A DNA stretch of 64,000 nucleotides, from assembly GCA_963734345.1 (NCBI GenBank), contig CAVTGT010000011.1:505334-569333 (forward strand). Reading direction: 5' to 3'. The notes under the pieces were generated by a model that had not been told where the DNA came from, did not search any database, and was given only the letters and a program-made list of their open reading frames with translations. The stretch comes from an uncultured Nitrospiraceae bacterium. GTDB taxonomy: Bacteria > Nitrospirota > Nitrospiria > Nitrospirales > UBA8639. Below, one piece after another: positions 46,644 to 56,888 of this stretch. Position 1 is the stretch's first letter; every line of letters begins with the position of its first letter. The position numbers and the translations under genes are program-made.

Positions 46644-46823
46644 ATGGCAACAGAGTCCATCAGGAATGATCGGCAACCGTTATGGGATCCGGGAAATTTC
46701 TTCCGGATCGTCTTGCGAGGGCTTGGTCAAGTGATGTTCCAGGGCCATGCAGGCGCATCTGATGCAATTCATCACACATACGCTCGTCCCCAAGACGAGC
46801 CTGGGTGTTTCGCCGGGTGGTAA
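46644..46823 (+). pseudogene. urea transporter (UT family) N-terminal remnant
   Basis: The 59-codon ORF MATESIRNDRQPLWDPGNFFRIVLRGLGQVMFQ.. matches the UT N-terminal LRGxGQVMFQ motif, then diverges to a stop codon. Confidence 0.4.
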
Positions 46824-46856
46824 TTGCGGCTTCGTCGATTCAAAAGGTAATTCCGC

Positions 46857-47098
46857 GCCTTTAGACGGCCTTCCTATCCTGTTGGGGGGAGGCCAGCCTT
46901 CCTAAGAAATCGAAAAAACGCCGGAGCTAACATGTCGTTTGAAAGAAAGAGAATGGCTCGGCGAGGAGGTTCCTAATCTTTATCTGTATTCTCAATTTCC
47001 AACACCACCGGACAATGATCCGATAGTTGACGGTAGGCGAGCGGATACTTTCCACGGATCCGTTGGCAGCCGGCGACGGCGCAATATCCGGTGACCGT
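46857..47098. repeat. copy 2 of the ~245-bp diverged direct repeat (remnant of the GHKL 3' end + spacer + the real EEP 3' end)
   Basis: 46871-46930 translates to TAFLSCWGEASLPKKSKKRRS*, matching the GHKL tail at the first 19 aa (TAFLSCWGEASLPKKSKKR), with mostly synonymous nucleotide changes. Confidence 0.8.
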
Positions 47099-48286
47099 GG
47101 CCGATGAGACGGTAATCTCTTTCATGTCCTGTGGCACAAGGACATGGTCTAACCACCCGCCGCGTCCGCGAAAATAATGAGAGCATTGCGGTTGTAAATC
47201 CAGATCGGAAAAGCCCGGCTGTTCTTTGGCGACCTTCCGGCGGAGGTTTTTCAACTCGGATTCCCGTGATTGCCAATCTCCAGCACCCATCGTATTGAAG
47301 TCGCCGAGTATGACCACATCCCGATCGCGAGCCAGCAGTGGAGCAATTGCCTGATCAATCCGGTTTAACGCGTTGTGCCGATCCTCTACCGCAAAGACCG
47401 TCGGTCCGGATTTCAGATGCAGCGCAATCAAATGAAAATCGACTCCTTGGGATTGCCGGGATTGCACCCACGCATATTGGCCGGGGCGCAATCCGTAGGT
47501 GCAGGCGTTCGTGGCCGATTGAGCCTTTGCGTTGAATTGCCACAAGCTTTCAAACTGTGACAGGGAGGCGCGGGTGTCGTTCCACAGCAACGCAAGATGG
47601 TGGTCGTCGGGCCGGCCGCACGGCTGGCGATACCATCGCCACGTCGCCCCGGTCTGGGAATTCAGGGAGGCGACAATACCATTCAAGGCCTTGGTGGCCT
47701 CGGATGTGGCCAACACTTCCTGGACTGCGAGAATATCAATCTGCATCCAACGAATCGCGCAGATGAGCCATTCCAGGTCCGTCGGATCGGCAAACTCTTC
47801 AGATTGGTCAGCCGGCTTGCCAACGGGAAACCACCGTACATTCCATGTGGCGAGTCGGAGCTTGGAGAAAGATTCAGGAGCCATACGACTGCCTTGTTTG
47901 ACCGCTGCCTCGCATTGATCCCGGCTGGCCCACACTGCATGCTCTCCTCCGGCAACATTCTTGGGACCTTCGGGATTGGCCGATGTATTCGGTTGCGGTG
48001 AATCGACTTTGAGGTATTTTTTATGAACCCAGGCAGCGTTCTCATTTGGCAAGCGAAGAAAGAGCCATTGTCCATTCTGTGCCGCTTTTTCAATAGTGGC
48101 CTGAGTGCCAGCCGGGACATGTTTCCAAAAACTAGGAGAGGGATTGTGATGGAGAGGGACCCCGATGGGTTTGGTCGCCTCAAGAATTACCGATTGTCCA
48201 ACCTGAAAATCCTGGGAGAACGCGAGGGACCAGCCACAGACACTGAGCCATGTCAGGAGGATGAGTGTGCAGAATGGCCTTCGCAT
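46973..48286 (-). CDS. secreted endonuclease/exonuclease/phosphatase (EEP) family protein with an N-terminal SH3-like domain
   Basis: Signal peptide, then LRLATWNVRWF, DILAVQEV, VVILGDFNT, LDHVLV, SDHCPVV. Confidence 0.8.
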   Translation of the reverse strand: MRRPFCTLILLTWLSVCGWSLAFSQDFQVGQSVILEATKPIGVPLHHNPSPSFWKHVPAGTQATIEKAAQNGQWLFLRLPNENAAWVHKKYLKVDSPQPNTSANPEGPKNVAGGEHAVWASRDQCEAAVKQGSRMAPESFSKLRLATWNVRWFPVGKPADQSEEFADPTDLEWLICAIRWMQIDILAVQEVLATSEATKALNGIVASLNSQTGATWRWYRQPCGRPDDHHLALLWNDTRASLSQFESLWQFNAKAQSATNACTYGLRPGQYAWVQSRQSQGVDFHLIALHLKSGPTVFAVEDRHNALNRIDQAIAPLLARDRDVVILGDFNTMGAGDWQSRESELKNLRRKVAKEQPGFSDLDLQPQCSHYFRGRGGWLDHVLVPQDMKEITVSSATVTGYCAVAGCQRIRGKYPLAYRQLSDHCPVVLEIENTDKD

Positions 48287-48476
48287 GGCTCCGTCTTAAC
48301 AGATCCTGTCAGGGAATACCAAGGGTGACTGGACGGCGTGTAGCAGAGTTTTTTGTTTCAGGCCAACGGAGGCAAAGACAGATAAGAACCCAGAAGCTTG
48401 TGTCGAGTATGCGATAATGAAGCACGTGATGTGTAAAGCTTCTATACCAAGCACATACTTTTGAGGAGTGAGACCG

Positions 48477-50160
48477 ATGAGCCATTCTTCCGTCAATCTC
48501 GATATCGCCAATCGCATCCCTTTGCAACCCATCGCCGACGTGGCCCGGGAGAAACTCGGGCTTGATCCGAGTCAGATCGAATTGTACGGCAGATATAAGG
48601 CCAAGATCCCGCTAGTGTCCCTCCCGCCCTTTCCGACCAAACCGGAGAGCAAGCTCATTCTGGTGACCGCCATGAGCCCAACGACGGCTGGCGAAGGCAA
48701 GACCACGACGCTCATCGGTCTGGTGGATGGGTTGAATAAGATCGGCGAAAAGGCTGTGGCTGCGATTCGGGAGCCGAGCCTGGGGCCGTGTTTCGGGATG
48801 AAGGGCGGAGGCTGTGGGGGAGGGTATGCCCAGGTGGTCCCCATGACCGACATCAATTTGCATTTTACCGGAGATTTTCACGCCATTACGTCCGCTCACA
48901 ATTTGTTGGCGGCTCTGGTGGATAATCATTTGTATTGGGGACAGGAACCTCACATCGATCCCCGCCGGGTGACGTGGGGACGGGTGCTGGATGTCAATGA
49001 CCGGTCATTGCGATCTGTGGTGACCGGGCTTGGCGGAAAGGCCAACGGGTTTACCAGGGAAGGGCGGTTTGACATCACTGCCGCTTCAGAGGTCATGGCC
49101 ATTCTGTGTTTGGCGACGGACCTTCAGGACCTTCAGCAACGCGTAGGCAATATCAAAGTGGGGCGAACGGTCAACAAGGAGATGGTCTTTGCGAAGGATA
49201 TCGAGGCGGAAGGCGCCATGACCGCATTACTCAAAGAGGCTCTCAATCCCAACCTTGTGCAGACCCTGGAACATAATCCGGCGCTGGTTCATGGCGGTCC
49301 CTTCGGGAACATTGCCCATGGGTGTAGTTCGGTTGTCGCAACCAAAGCTGCTCTCACACTTGCCGACTATGTGGTGACAGAAGGAGGATTTGGAGCCGAT
49401 CTCGGTGCCGAGAAGTTTTTTGATATCAAATGCCGGCAATCAGGTCTCAAGCCGGCCTGTGCCGTGGTCGTGGGGACGATCAAGGCGTTGAAACTTCATG
49501 GTGGGGCAAACGAAAAAGAACTCGAACATGAAGACCTCAGGGCGCTCCGGCAAGGCCTGCCGAATCTGCTGCGCCATTTGGAAAACGTGAAAAAATTCGG
49601 AGTGCCTGCGGTTGTGGCCATTAATCAATTCACGAGTGATACGAAGCGGGAGTTGGAACTTGTAGAACAGGCCTGTGCGGACCATGGGGTGAAACTGGCC
49701 TTGGCCAATCATTGGGCTCAAGGTGGAGAGGGAGCCGAGTATCTGGCCGAAACCGTTCGAGATGTCATCGAAAAAGAACCCGCAAACTTTCGTGTCCTCT
49801 ATCCCGATACGACTGCCGCTTGCAGAGAAAGTGCGAACTATTGCCAAAGAAATCTACCGGGCTGAGGATGTGGAGATTCCCTCCACCGTCCAGGCCCGTT
49901 TTACGGAACTTGAAAAAAATGGGTTTGGTCACTTCCCCGTATGTATGGCCAAGACCCAATACAGCTTTTCTGCCGATCCCACCAAAAAAGGGGCCCCGAC
50001 CGGATTCACGCTTCCGGTTCGCGAAGTTCGCCTCGCGATGGGCGCGGGATTTGTGGTGGTCATTACCGGGGATATGATGACGATGCCGGGCTTGCCGCGG
50101 GTGCCGGCGGCCGAATCGATCGGGGTTGACGAAAAAGGGAATATTGTGGGGTTGTTTTGA
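48477..50160 (+). pseudogene. fhs: formate-tetrahydrofolate ligase, frameshifted near 49806-49815
   Basis: Contains TAGEGKTTT and [16 protein letters not shown]. ORFs 48468-49865 and 49723-50160 join as ..FRVLYPDT|[20 protein letters not shown]... Confidence 0.85.
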
Positions 50161-50431
50161 AAAAGGGAGCGTGATTTTTAGTGGCAGTGGCAGGCTACTG
50201 TTCATGGAATATTTTTGTCATCTGTGTGAGAAGGAAGACCCTCTTCGCTGCTGAAGCGACGCTCAATTCACATAAAGAGACGGGTTCGTTCTTCACGTCG
50301 TGAGGTCAGAAATTTCCGTAAAAAGCTGTGGAAATCTTGATTTCTTCGTCCCTCCTGTTGCTATTCCACCTTTGAACCCCCTCTCTCCTGCCTCGCAGAA
50401 TCACCTTGTGGTACATTGGCAGATGGCAACC

Positions 50432-52429
50432 ATGAGCACCTTTTCTCTGCAATCCGACTACATGCCGAAAGGCGACCAGGGCAAAGCCATTGCCTCGTTG
50501 ACTGACGGACTGAACCGGGGACTCAAGCATCAGGTGTTGCTGGGTGTCACGGGATCGGGCAAGACCTTCACGATGGCGAATGTGATCGCCAATGTGCAAA
50601 AACCGACACTGGTGGTCGTCCACAATAAGACGCTGGCGGCCCAACTTTACCAGGAGTTCAAATCCTTTTTCCCCGACAATGCCGTGGAATATTTTGTCAG
50701 TTATTACGACTACTACCAGCCGGAGGCCTATATTCCAACCACGGACACCTATATCGCGAAGGATTCGGCGATCAACGACACGATTGATCAAATGCGACAT
50801 GCCGCGACCACGTCATTGTTACAACGGAATGACATCGTGATCGTCGCCTCGGTCTCGTGTATTTATGGCCTGGGCTCGCCGGAGGTCTACCATGACATGT
50901 TGTTGTACCTGGAGCCGGGAATGGAGATGCGCCGCGAGCGAATCCTGGCCAAGCTGGTGGACATTCAATATTCGCGGAATGATCTGGAATTGCAACGCGG
51001 CATGTTCCGCGCTCGCGGGGATGTCATTGAAATTTTTCCGGCCGCATCCGATTCCAATACCGTCCGGGTGGAATTGTTCGGCGATGAAGTGGAAGCGATC
51101 TATGAAATTGATCCGTTGACCGGCACCTCCTTGCGGAAGCTGCCCAAGGTCGCCATCTACCCCAAGAGCCACTATGTGATTGCGCCCGATCGGTATGAAC
51201 AGGCGATTACCGGTATTGAAGAAGAACTGGAAGAGCGCATCGCGTACTTTCGCCGGACGAACCAATTGCTTGAAGCACAACGGATTGAACAACGGACGAG
51301 ATTTGATCTGGAGATGATCCGGACGATGGGGTATTGCCACGGGATTGAGAACTATTCCCGACATTTGAGCGGCCGGGCGCCTGGCGAACCGCCACCCACG
51401 CTGCTGGATTATTTCCCCAAGGACTTTTTGCTGATTGTGGATGAAGCCCACGCGACGGTTCCACAGTTTGGCGGCATGTACGAGGGAGATCGTTCACGCA
51501 AGAATACCCTCGTCGAGTATGGGTTTCGTTTGCCCTCGGCGATGGATAACCGGCCGCTGAAATTTCCCGAATTTGAGGCGTGCATGAACCAGGTGGTGTA
51601 TGTCTCCGCCACTCCCGGGCCCTATGAACTGAAACATGCGGGGAAAGCGCTGGTCGAGCAGATTATTCGACCTACCGGTCTGATCGATCCGGTGATGGAG
51701 GTGAAACCCGCGAAAGGCCAGGTCGAACAGTTGCTCGAAGAAATTCGACTGCGGATCGCGAAAGGGCAGCGGGTGCTCGTGACGACGTTGACCAAGCGCA
51801 TGGCGGAGGATCTCACCGAGTATTATCACGACCAGGGGCTGAAGGTGCGCTATCTGCATTCGGATATCAAAACGCTGGAGCGGGCGGACATTATCCGGGA
51901 TTTGCGCCGGGGCGTGTTTGATGTGTTGGTGGGTATTAATTTATTGCGTGAAGGTCTCGATTTGCCAGAAGTCAGTTTAGTGGCGGTGTTGGATGCGGAT
52001 AAGGAAGGCTTTTTGCGAGGGTATCGTGCTTTGGTGCAGACAGCCGGGCGCGCCGCACGCCATAGCGAAGGCACGGTGATTCTGTATGGCGATGTGGTCA
52101 CCGAGTCCATGCGGAAAGCGTTGGAGGAAACCGGACGCAGGCGGACGATCCAATTGGCGTATAACGCCGAGCATGGCATTACACCGGAGACGATCAAAAA
52201 ACGTATTTATGATTTGGAATCCCAATTGGCGGAAGCCGATTATGTGGATGTCTCGCTGGCGGCCGAGGCCGTTGAGGCCTATGGAGCCGATGGCGATTTG
52301 GAACAGAGCATCGCCAAATTGGAAAAAGACATGAAGGCGGCGGCTAAGGCCTTGGAATTTGAACGAGCCGCACAGTTGCGCGATACGATTCGACTTCTCC
52401 GCCAAAAGCTGATCCAGGTCGGCATCTAA
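50432..52429 (+). CDS. uvrB: excinuclease ABC subunit B
   Basis: [20 protein letters not shown].. N-terminus, Walker [11 protein letters not shown]-terminal UVR motif. An alternative start lies at 50423. Confidence 0.9.
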   Translation: MSTFSLQSDYMPKGDQGKAIASLTDGLNRGLKHQVLLGVTGSGKTFTMANVIANVQKPTLVVVHNKTLAAQLYQEFKSFFPDNAVEYFVSYYDYYQPEAYIPTTDTYIAKDSAINDTIDQMRHAATTSLLQRNDIVIVASVSCIYGLGSPEVYHDMLLYLEPGMEMRRERILAKLVDIQYSRNDLELQRGMFRARGDVIEIFPAASDSNTVRVELFGDEVEAIYEIDPLTGTSLRKLPKVAIYPKSHYVIAPDRYEQAITGIEEELEERIAYFRRTNQLLEAQRIEQRTRFDLEMIRTMGYCHGIENYSRHLSGRAPGEPPPTLLDYFPKDFLLIVDEAHATVPQFGGMYEGDRSRKNTLVEYGFRLPSAMDNRPLKFPEFEACMNQVVYVSATPGPYELKHAGKALVEQIIRPTGLIDPVMEVKPAKGQVEQLLEEIRLRIAKGQRVLVTTLTKRMAEDLTEYYHDQGLKVRYLHSDIKTLERADIIRDLRRGVFDVLVGINLLREGLDLPEVSLVAVLDADKEGFLRGYRALVQTAGRAARHSEGTVILYGDVVTESMRKALEETGRRRTIQLAYNAEHGITPETIKKRIYDLESQLAEADYVDVSLAAEAVEAYGADGDLEQSIAKLEKDMKAAAKALEFERAAQLRDTIRLLRQKLIQVGI

Positions 52430-52598
52430 TTCGACAAAATTCCACCCGCTCTTTCTCCTGCTCTTATCATCGCAAGTTTGAACGGATGATCAACCGAGGA
52501 AATCGCAGATGGATGGCCGGGGCCACGGTATGATGATGAGGCAGGATAGGGCTGTTCGGAGTCACCCGGACAAATCAGGTGGGTGCGTCTTGAGTCGT

Positions 52599-52862
52599 CT
52601 ACACGTGTTTATAGAGGTAGGCCCCGAGGAACATACCCAGAACAGTGAGAAGGTTTATTTTGAGGAGAAACCCCAACGTAAATTTTATCAAGACTAAATT
52701 CACGGTCACCGGGGGATCCAAACCCAAGTTCAACGCTTGAACAAAAATATTTTGTACGGTTCCCTGCGGTGCCACAACCTGTAGAATTTCCCCCAATATA
52801 CTGCCTAAGAGTCCGCCGATAAAAATAAATAAGAGTAAATAGCTCCCACTTTTTTTTAACAC
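52599..52862 (-). CDS. small membrane protein (DUF4321-like)
   Basis: MLKKSGSYLLLFIFIGGLLGSILGEIL.. resembles the DUF4321 family pattern as I recall it. Confidence 0.55.
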   Translation of the reverse strand: MLKKSGSYLLLFIFIGGLLGSILGEILQVVAPQGTVQNIFVQALNLGLDPPVTVNLVLIKFTLGFLLKINLLTVLGMFLGAYLYKHV

Positions 52863-53057
52863 CGATTGCCTCCCGGCAGATTGTTGGGGGTCAGAGAAAC
52901 GCGTACACCTAAACGTTGGATGTGAAAAAATTTCAAGAAACGCCGGTTGGAAATGACCAAAAATATGCTTAGGGTAAACTGCTGAACACCATACAAGAAA
53001 CCTCGAATTGAGTCAAGAAATTGTCCCAACGCGAGGGGTGCAGGCAAGCAATGGTGT

Positions 53058-53747
53058 TTACGGTACGGAAGGCACAGCGGGAGAAGAGCGTATGGTAAAT
53101 CGCATGCTTCCCATTTTATTCACTGCGTTGGCGATATAGCCCACGTAGATATCTACGCGGTAACGGCCTGGTTGCCAGATTCCTCCGGGAGGAAAAAATT
53201 TGAGAAATCCACTTTCGTCTTCAGTCGCCAGATCCGCGGTGTCTTCGTCAAGCCATTGGGTGGAATCCAATCCGGTTCCCGTTTCATGAAACAGCCGGCC
53301 GATAATTTGGTAAGACGACAAATGTTTATGAACAGAAAATACCAGAAAGATCGATCGGGCATGCGGGGAGAAGGTGGTGGTCGGGTTGACAGGTACATAG
53401 ATATGCCCGCTTCTGATGGTCCGATCTTCCTCGGCGCTTTCGGCAAAATCCAAACTCTGAAACACCCCGCCCGGTTTTTCATCTGGTGGTGAAAAAGCCG
53501 GTGAAGGAGAGTAGCCATCATAGGGGGGAGGACCCTCAGACGAAAAATCGGGTGGAGTATCATATTCCGCAAACCCGTGTTGGATTTCATTGGGCTGAAA
53601 CACGGGTGGGGAATCGGTTGTTGCAGGTTCTTGAGCGTCGGCGGTGGTGCCGGCTATCGCGAGAATCATGATCATCGCCATTATTCCGAACCATGACCTG
53701 GCCTGCATGAATGGCCAGGGATGTCTCATGCGCGTCTTCGTGTGCAC
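53058..53747 (-). CDS. secreted protein, unknown function
   Basis: Signal peptide (..AGTTADAQE) and a Pro-rich linker. No motif recognised. Confidence 0.55.
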   Translation of the reverse strand: MHTKTRMRHPWPFMQARSWFGIMAMIMILAIAGTTADAQEPATTDSPPVFQPNEIQHGFAEYDTPPDFSSEGPPPYDGYSPSPAFSPPDEKPGGVFQSLDFAESAEEDRTIRSGHIYVPVNPTTTFSPHARSIFLVFSVHKHLSSYQIIGRLFHETGTGLDSTQWLDEDTADLATEDESGFLKFFPPGGIWQPGRYRVDIYVGYIANAVNKMGSMRFTIRSSPAVPSVP

Positions 53748-53962
53748 GATGTGTGGTCTCGATGATCTTTACGCATTTCTCTCAATGGAGAATCCACAGA
53801 TTCTCTAACCTCGATTGAGTCATCAGGTCAAGGAGTGAGGCCTTTGCCTTGCAGCCCCATGGGGTGTTTGTTAAAATTTCGGCCGGTTCTACGCATTTTC
53901 ATCTACTCTGTTGCCCGGTGGCATTATCATTCATTCTGTGTGAAGGAAAACAGGTCAGACAT

Positions 53963-55399
53963 ATGAGTGTATCACCAATTAAAGATCCCGACGCCTTGCC
54001 TCAACTCGTAGGAGAATTTCAACCGGTGGATATGTGGCAATCCCATATTAACCGCCTTTTTTACGGTTTGCGGGGGAGTCGTGTTCGTGAATATTACCAG
54101 ACGGTTGCCGCGGCTGATTATCGTTTAGGGTTTGCCTTGGCCGAGGACTACTGGCGTCGGTGTGGAAAACGGGCAAAAAGCCAGTCTGGCGATCACATGA
54201 CCGGAACCCTCATGGTGATGGAGTGGGGGCCCGGGAATGGTAATCTGGCGGCCTGTTTCCTGGATCGTCTTCAGGAACTCGATCAAGAGCAATTGATCGC
54301 GCCGAGAGTTCACTATCTCTGCATCGAGCGGGAGCCTGCTTTGTTGGAGCAGGCCAAAACCAATCCGGATTTGGCTAAACATCGCGAGCGAGTGACCTTT
54401 GAATCGTTATCTGTGGAGGAACTTTCCGCATATCCGGATGGCAGTGTCGATCGAATTATCTGCAATGAACTCTGGAGCGAGTTGCCGACTAAGTTGATTC
54501 TGCGAAAAGGAGGGGAGATTCAAGAGGAGTATCTTCGTCCCAATCTCAATGAACAGCGGTTAATGGATTTTCCGGATTGGCCTGCGTTTGTAGAGGGGTT
54601 TAGTCAGAAGGACATCGACACCCTCAAAGCCCTGCCGTCCTTTCTCGAAGATCTTGTCTGGGAGCGTGAATACCGTCCGATAGATACCAAAACCCTTCCG
54701 TTTCGCCGCACCGTCGCCGAGTTTCTCAAAAACATCGACGAAGAAGTCCTCGTGCCCTACAACGTGGGGGCATGTCAGAGCATCAAGGAAGCCAAGCGAT
54801 TGCTGGCACCGGAGGCTATCGGGTTCAGCAGTTTCGATGCCGGCACGGTCGATCATCGTGTGCTCAACGATCCCGAAAAACCCTGTTATACCGTCCAGGG
54901 TGGACAATTCAGCTTCATGGTCAATTTCCGGTTGGTGGAAGAAGTGTCCAGGCATCTTGGAATTGGTACGGCGGTGATCGAATCGCAACGGGAATATGTG
55001 GGCCGGAGTTTGGGTACGAATGTGCTCAGTGTGATGGATCTGCTGGCTTCGCATCCGTCTCCGCCCGAAGGCCAGGCCTGGCAATTGGATGCGTTGATTC
55101 TTCGAACGTTGGAGGCATTGAACCGTACCTACCGTAGCCCATATCAACGGCATATCGCATTTCCTCTTTCTGACAGTACGCCGGAGAAGGAACGCGCAGA
55201 ATTGGAAACCCTTGTGCAATCATTGCCCCCTAATGGCGTGCCGGATACTATTGCGTTTCTCACTGAATCAGAGATCTGGAAGGCTATGCCGGATTTGCAA
55301 AAGTTAGGATACGATTCAGAAGGCGTCAAGGCCATGTTGCAGATTCCTCCACAACCGGTGGATTATTCTCACCTGTTTTTCGCCCCTGCCGCTTCATAA
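53963..55399 (+). CDS. SAM-dependent methyltransferase, MidA/DUF185-like
   Basis: VMEWGPGNGNLAACFLDRL resembles the MidA motif ELGAGRGTL. An internal ATG was chosen as the start. Confidence 0.5.
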   Translation: MSVSPIKDPDALPQLVGEFQPVDMWQSHINRLFYGLRGSRVREYYQTVAAADYRLGFALAEDYWRRCGKRAKSQSGDHMTGTLMVMEWGPGNGNLAACFLDRLQELDQEQLIAPRVHYLCIEREPALLEQAKTNPDLAKHRERVTFESLSVEELSAYPDGSVDRIICNELWSELPTKLILRKGGEIQEEYLRPNLNEQRLMDFPDWPAFVEGFSQKDIDTLKALPSFLEDLVWEREYRPIDTKTLPFRRTVAEFLKNIDEEVLVPYNVGACQSIKEAKRLLAPEAIGFSSFDAGTVDHRVLNDPEKPCYTVQGGQFSFMVNFRLVEEVSRHLGIGTAVIESQREYVGRSLGTNVLSVMDLLASHPSPPEGQAWQLDALILRTLEALNRTYRSPYQRHIAFPLSDSTPEKERAELETLVQSLPPNGVPDTIAFLTESEIWKAMPDLQKLGYDSEGVKAMLQIPPQPVDYSHLFFAPAAS

Positions 55400-55670
55400 C
55401 GCTTGCGGCTGTCGTGTAGACGCCGAATGAGGGGACCGGATGAACCTTTGATGGGGTGTGGCGGATATTCCTCCGCACGAAATCTGAAGATGGATTTCAA
55501 CTTATTAAATCAGGATGATGAGGACATTGAGAATGCGAACATTGAAATTGGAAGGTTGCGTTGGATCGTAAAGAATTTTGAAACAAGTAGATTTTTTGAT
55601 AATGGTTGTGTATACTGCGGCGACTTTTTCTGGAAAAGTGTAAACTCACACACATAAGACGAGGTTCCAC

Positions 55671-55964
55671 GTGTTTGGATCGTTTGGATGGATGGAGCTC
55701 ATGCTCATCCTCATTATTGTGCTCATTATTTTTGGTGCGGGGAAAATCCCTCAACTCGGTGAAGGGTTAGGCAAAGCGATCAAAGGCTTTAAAAAGTCTG
55801 TGGCCGAAGCGGATGCGCTGGATGTGACGCCGAATGAGCAAGGCGAAGGGGGGCAGCCACCGCATCCGGAGCAATTGACAAGCCCACAACAGACGGCACA
55901 GTCCCCTCCACCCGTACAAACGGTGCAGCAGCCCACGGAATCAACACCATCAAAACAGGGATAA
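55671..55964 (+). CDS. tatA: twin-arginine translocase subunit TatA/E
   Basis: MFGSFGWMELMLILIIVLIIFGAGKIPQLGEGLGKAIKGFKK, with a GTG start. Confidence 0.8.
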   Translation: MFGSFGWMELMLILIIVLIIFGAGKIPQLGEGLGKAIKGFKKSVAEADALDVTPNEQGEGGQPPHPEQLTSPQQTAQSPPPVQTVQQPTESTPSKQG

Positions 55965-56082
55965 TTCGCGGGTGAGACGAAAACGGTGAAGACCGCCCAC
56001 CGAAGGAACAGGCAGCGTGAACTACGGCCTGATCAACCCTCAGGGTTTAAATTGGAAATTCAGATCATAGAGGAGTGCGAAG

Positions 56083-56370
56083 ATGTTCGGCTTAGGAGCG
56101 ATGGAAATCTTGATCATCCTGGTCATCGCATTCCTGCTCTTTGGCCCCAAGGAATTGCCGGAAATCGGCAAGCAGGTCGGTCGGGCCGTTAAAGGGTTTA
56201 AGGAAACGACTGAAGATCTGCGGCAGTCGGTTGAACCGGAGATCAATATGATCACACAAGAGTTCAAGTCCGTGGAACAAGATTTAGAGTCATCAATGAA
56301 AGAAGCGGAAGAACAAATCAAAGGGGCGACAGAACAAGCCACCGAATCTGGTGGGTCAAAAAAGGCGTAA
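56083..56370 (+). CDS. second TatA/TatB-family subunit
   Basis: MFGLGAMEILIILVIAFLLFGPKELPEIGKQVGRAVKGFKE. Confidence 0.75.
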   Translation: MFGLGAMEILIILVIAFLLFGPKELPEIGKQVGRAVKGFKETTEDLRQSVEPEINMITQEFKSVEQDLESSMKEAEEQIKGATEQATESGGSKKA

Positions 56371-56888
56371 ACAGGCAGGGTTTTGGGTTTGTGAGGAATT
56401 TGACTTCTGGATCGTTTCGTTGACACTCAGACATTATTAGGGGTTGTTTTGATCTTTCTCTTGTCATAACGAAATCCTTCCGGACGGTCATCAGACTGTT
56501 CATCGTGCTTACTGCAGGCGGGTATTCGGTTCTCTTCTTTGGTGTAGTGCTTTTGCAACTATCGTCTCATTCAAGCGATAGGGAACAGAAATGCAGTCAT
56601 AAAGAATGTCGCGTAAAAGACATTACTTTTAATGATTTAGCACAAAAAATGGAAGTTGGCATTCAATTCGCAAATGTCTGACATACGCAATGGTCCTTAC
56701 ATGATCCTTGCGATGGGGAAAGAGACAAGGCCGGTGCTCAAGACGGCCAATTCATGTAGTCAAGTTGATGCAGTCAAGGCAGTCAAGAAGGAAGCGGACA
56801 AGAATCTTCAACAGCCTGAAGGAACAATTTGGGGAATAGGGGGTTGGGATTCGAGTCCAAAGGGGTATTCACTAACAGGAGGAGTGCA

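Noticed and set aside
48323-48338. ZTP (pfl) riboswitch upstream of fhs, suggested by GGGUGACUGGACGGCG resembling the conserved GACUGGCG/GACUGACGG core
   Set aside because: I could not find the obligatory 3' pseudoknot element (CCGCCUGGGC-like) or a matching P2 helix downstream. The resemblance is probably chance, but a covariance-model scan would settle it.
24721-50160. Programmed ribosomal frameshifting as the explanation for the interrupted genes
   Set aside because: No shared slippery heptamer or stimulatory structure is present at the shift sites. The shifts go in different directions, and some genes need two shifts. The IS3 fragment, where programmed frameshifting is normal, lacks the OrfA/OrfB junction altogether.
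50819-51451. 210-aa ORF (and several others) antisense to uvrB
   Set aside because: These are shadow ORFs within a highly conserved gene.
54560-55219. 219-aa ORF antisense to the MidA-like methyltransferase gene
   Set aside because: It is a shadow ORF with no independent support.
56460-56680. 57-codon GTG-start ORF downstream of the second tatA-like gene as a candidate tatC fragment or small membrane protein
   Set aside because: It has only one hydrophobic stretch, no RBS and no similarity to TatC motifs.
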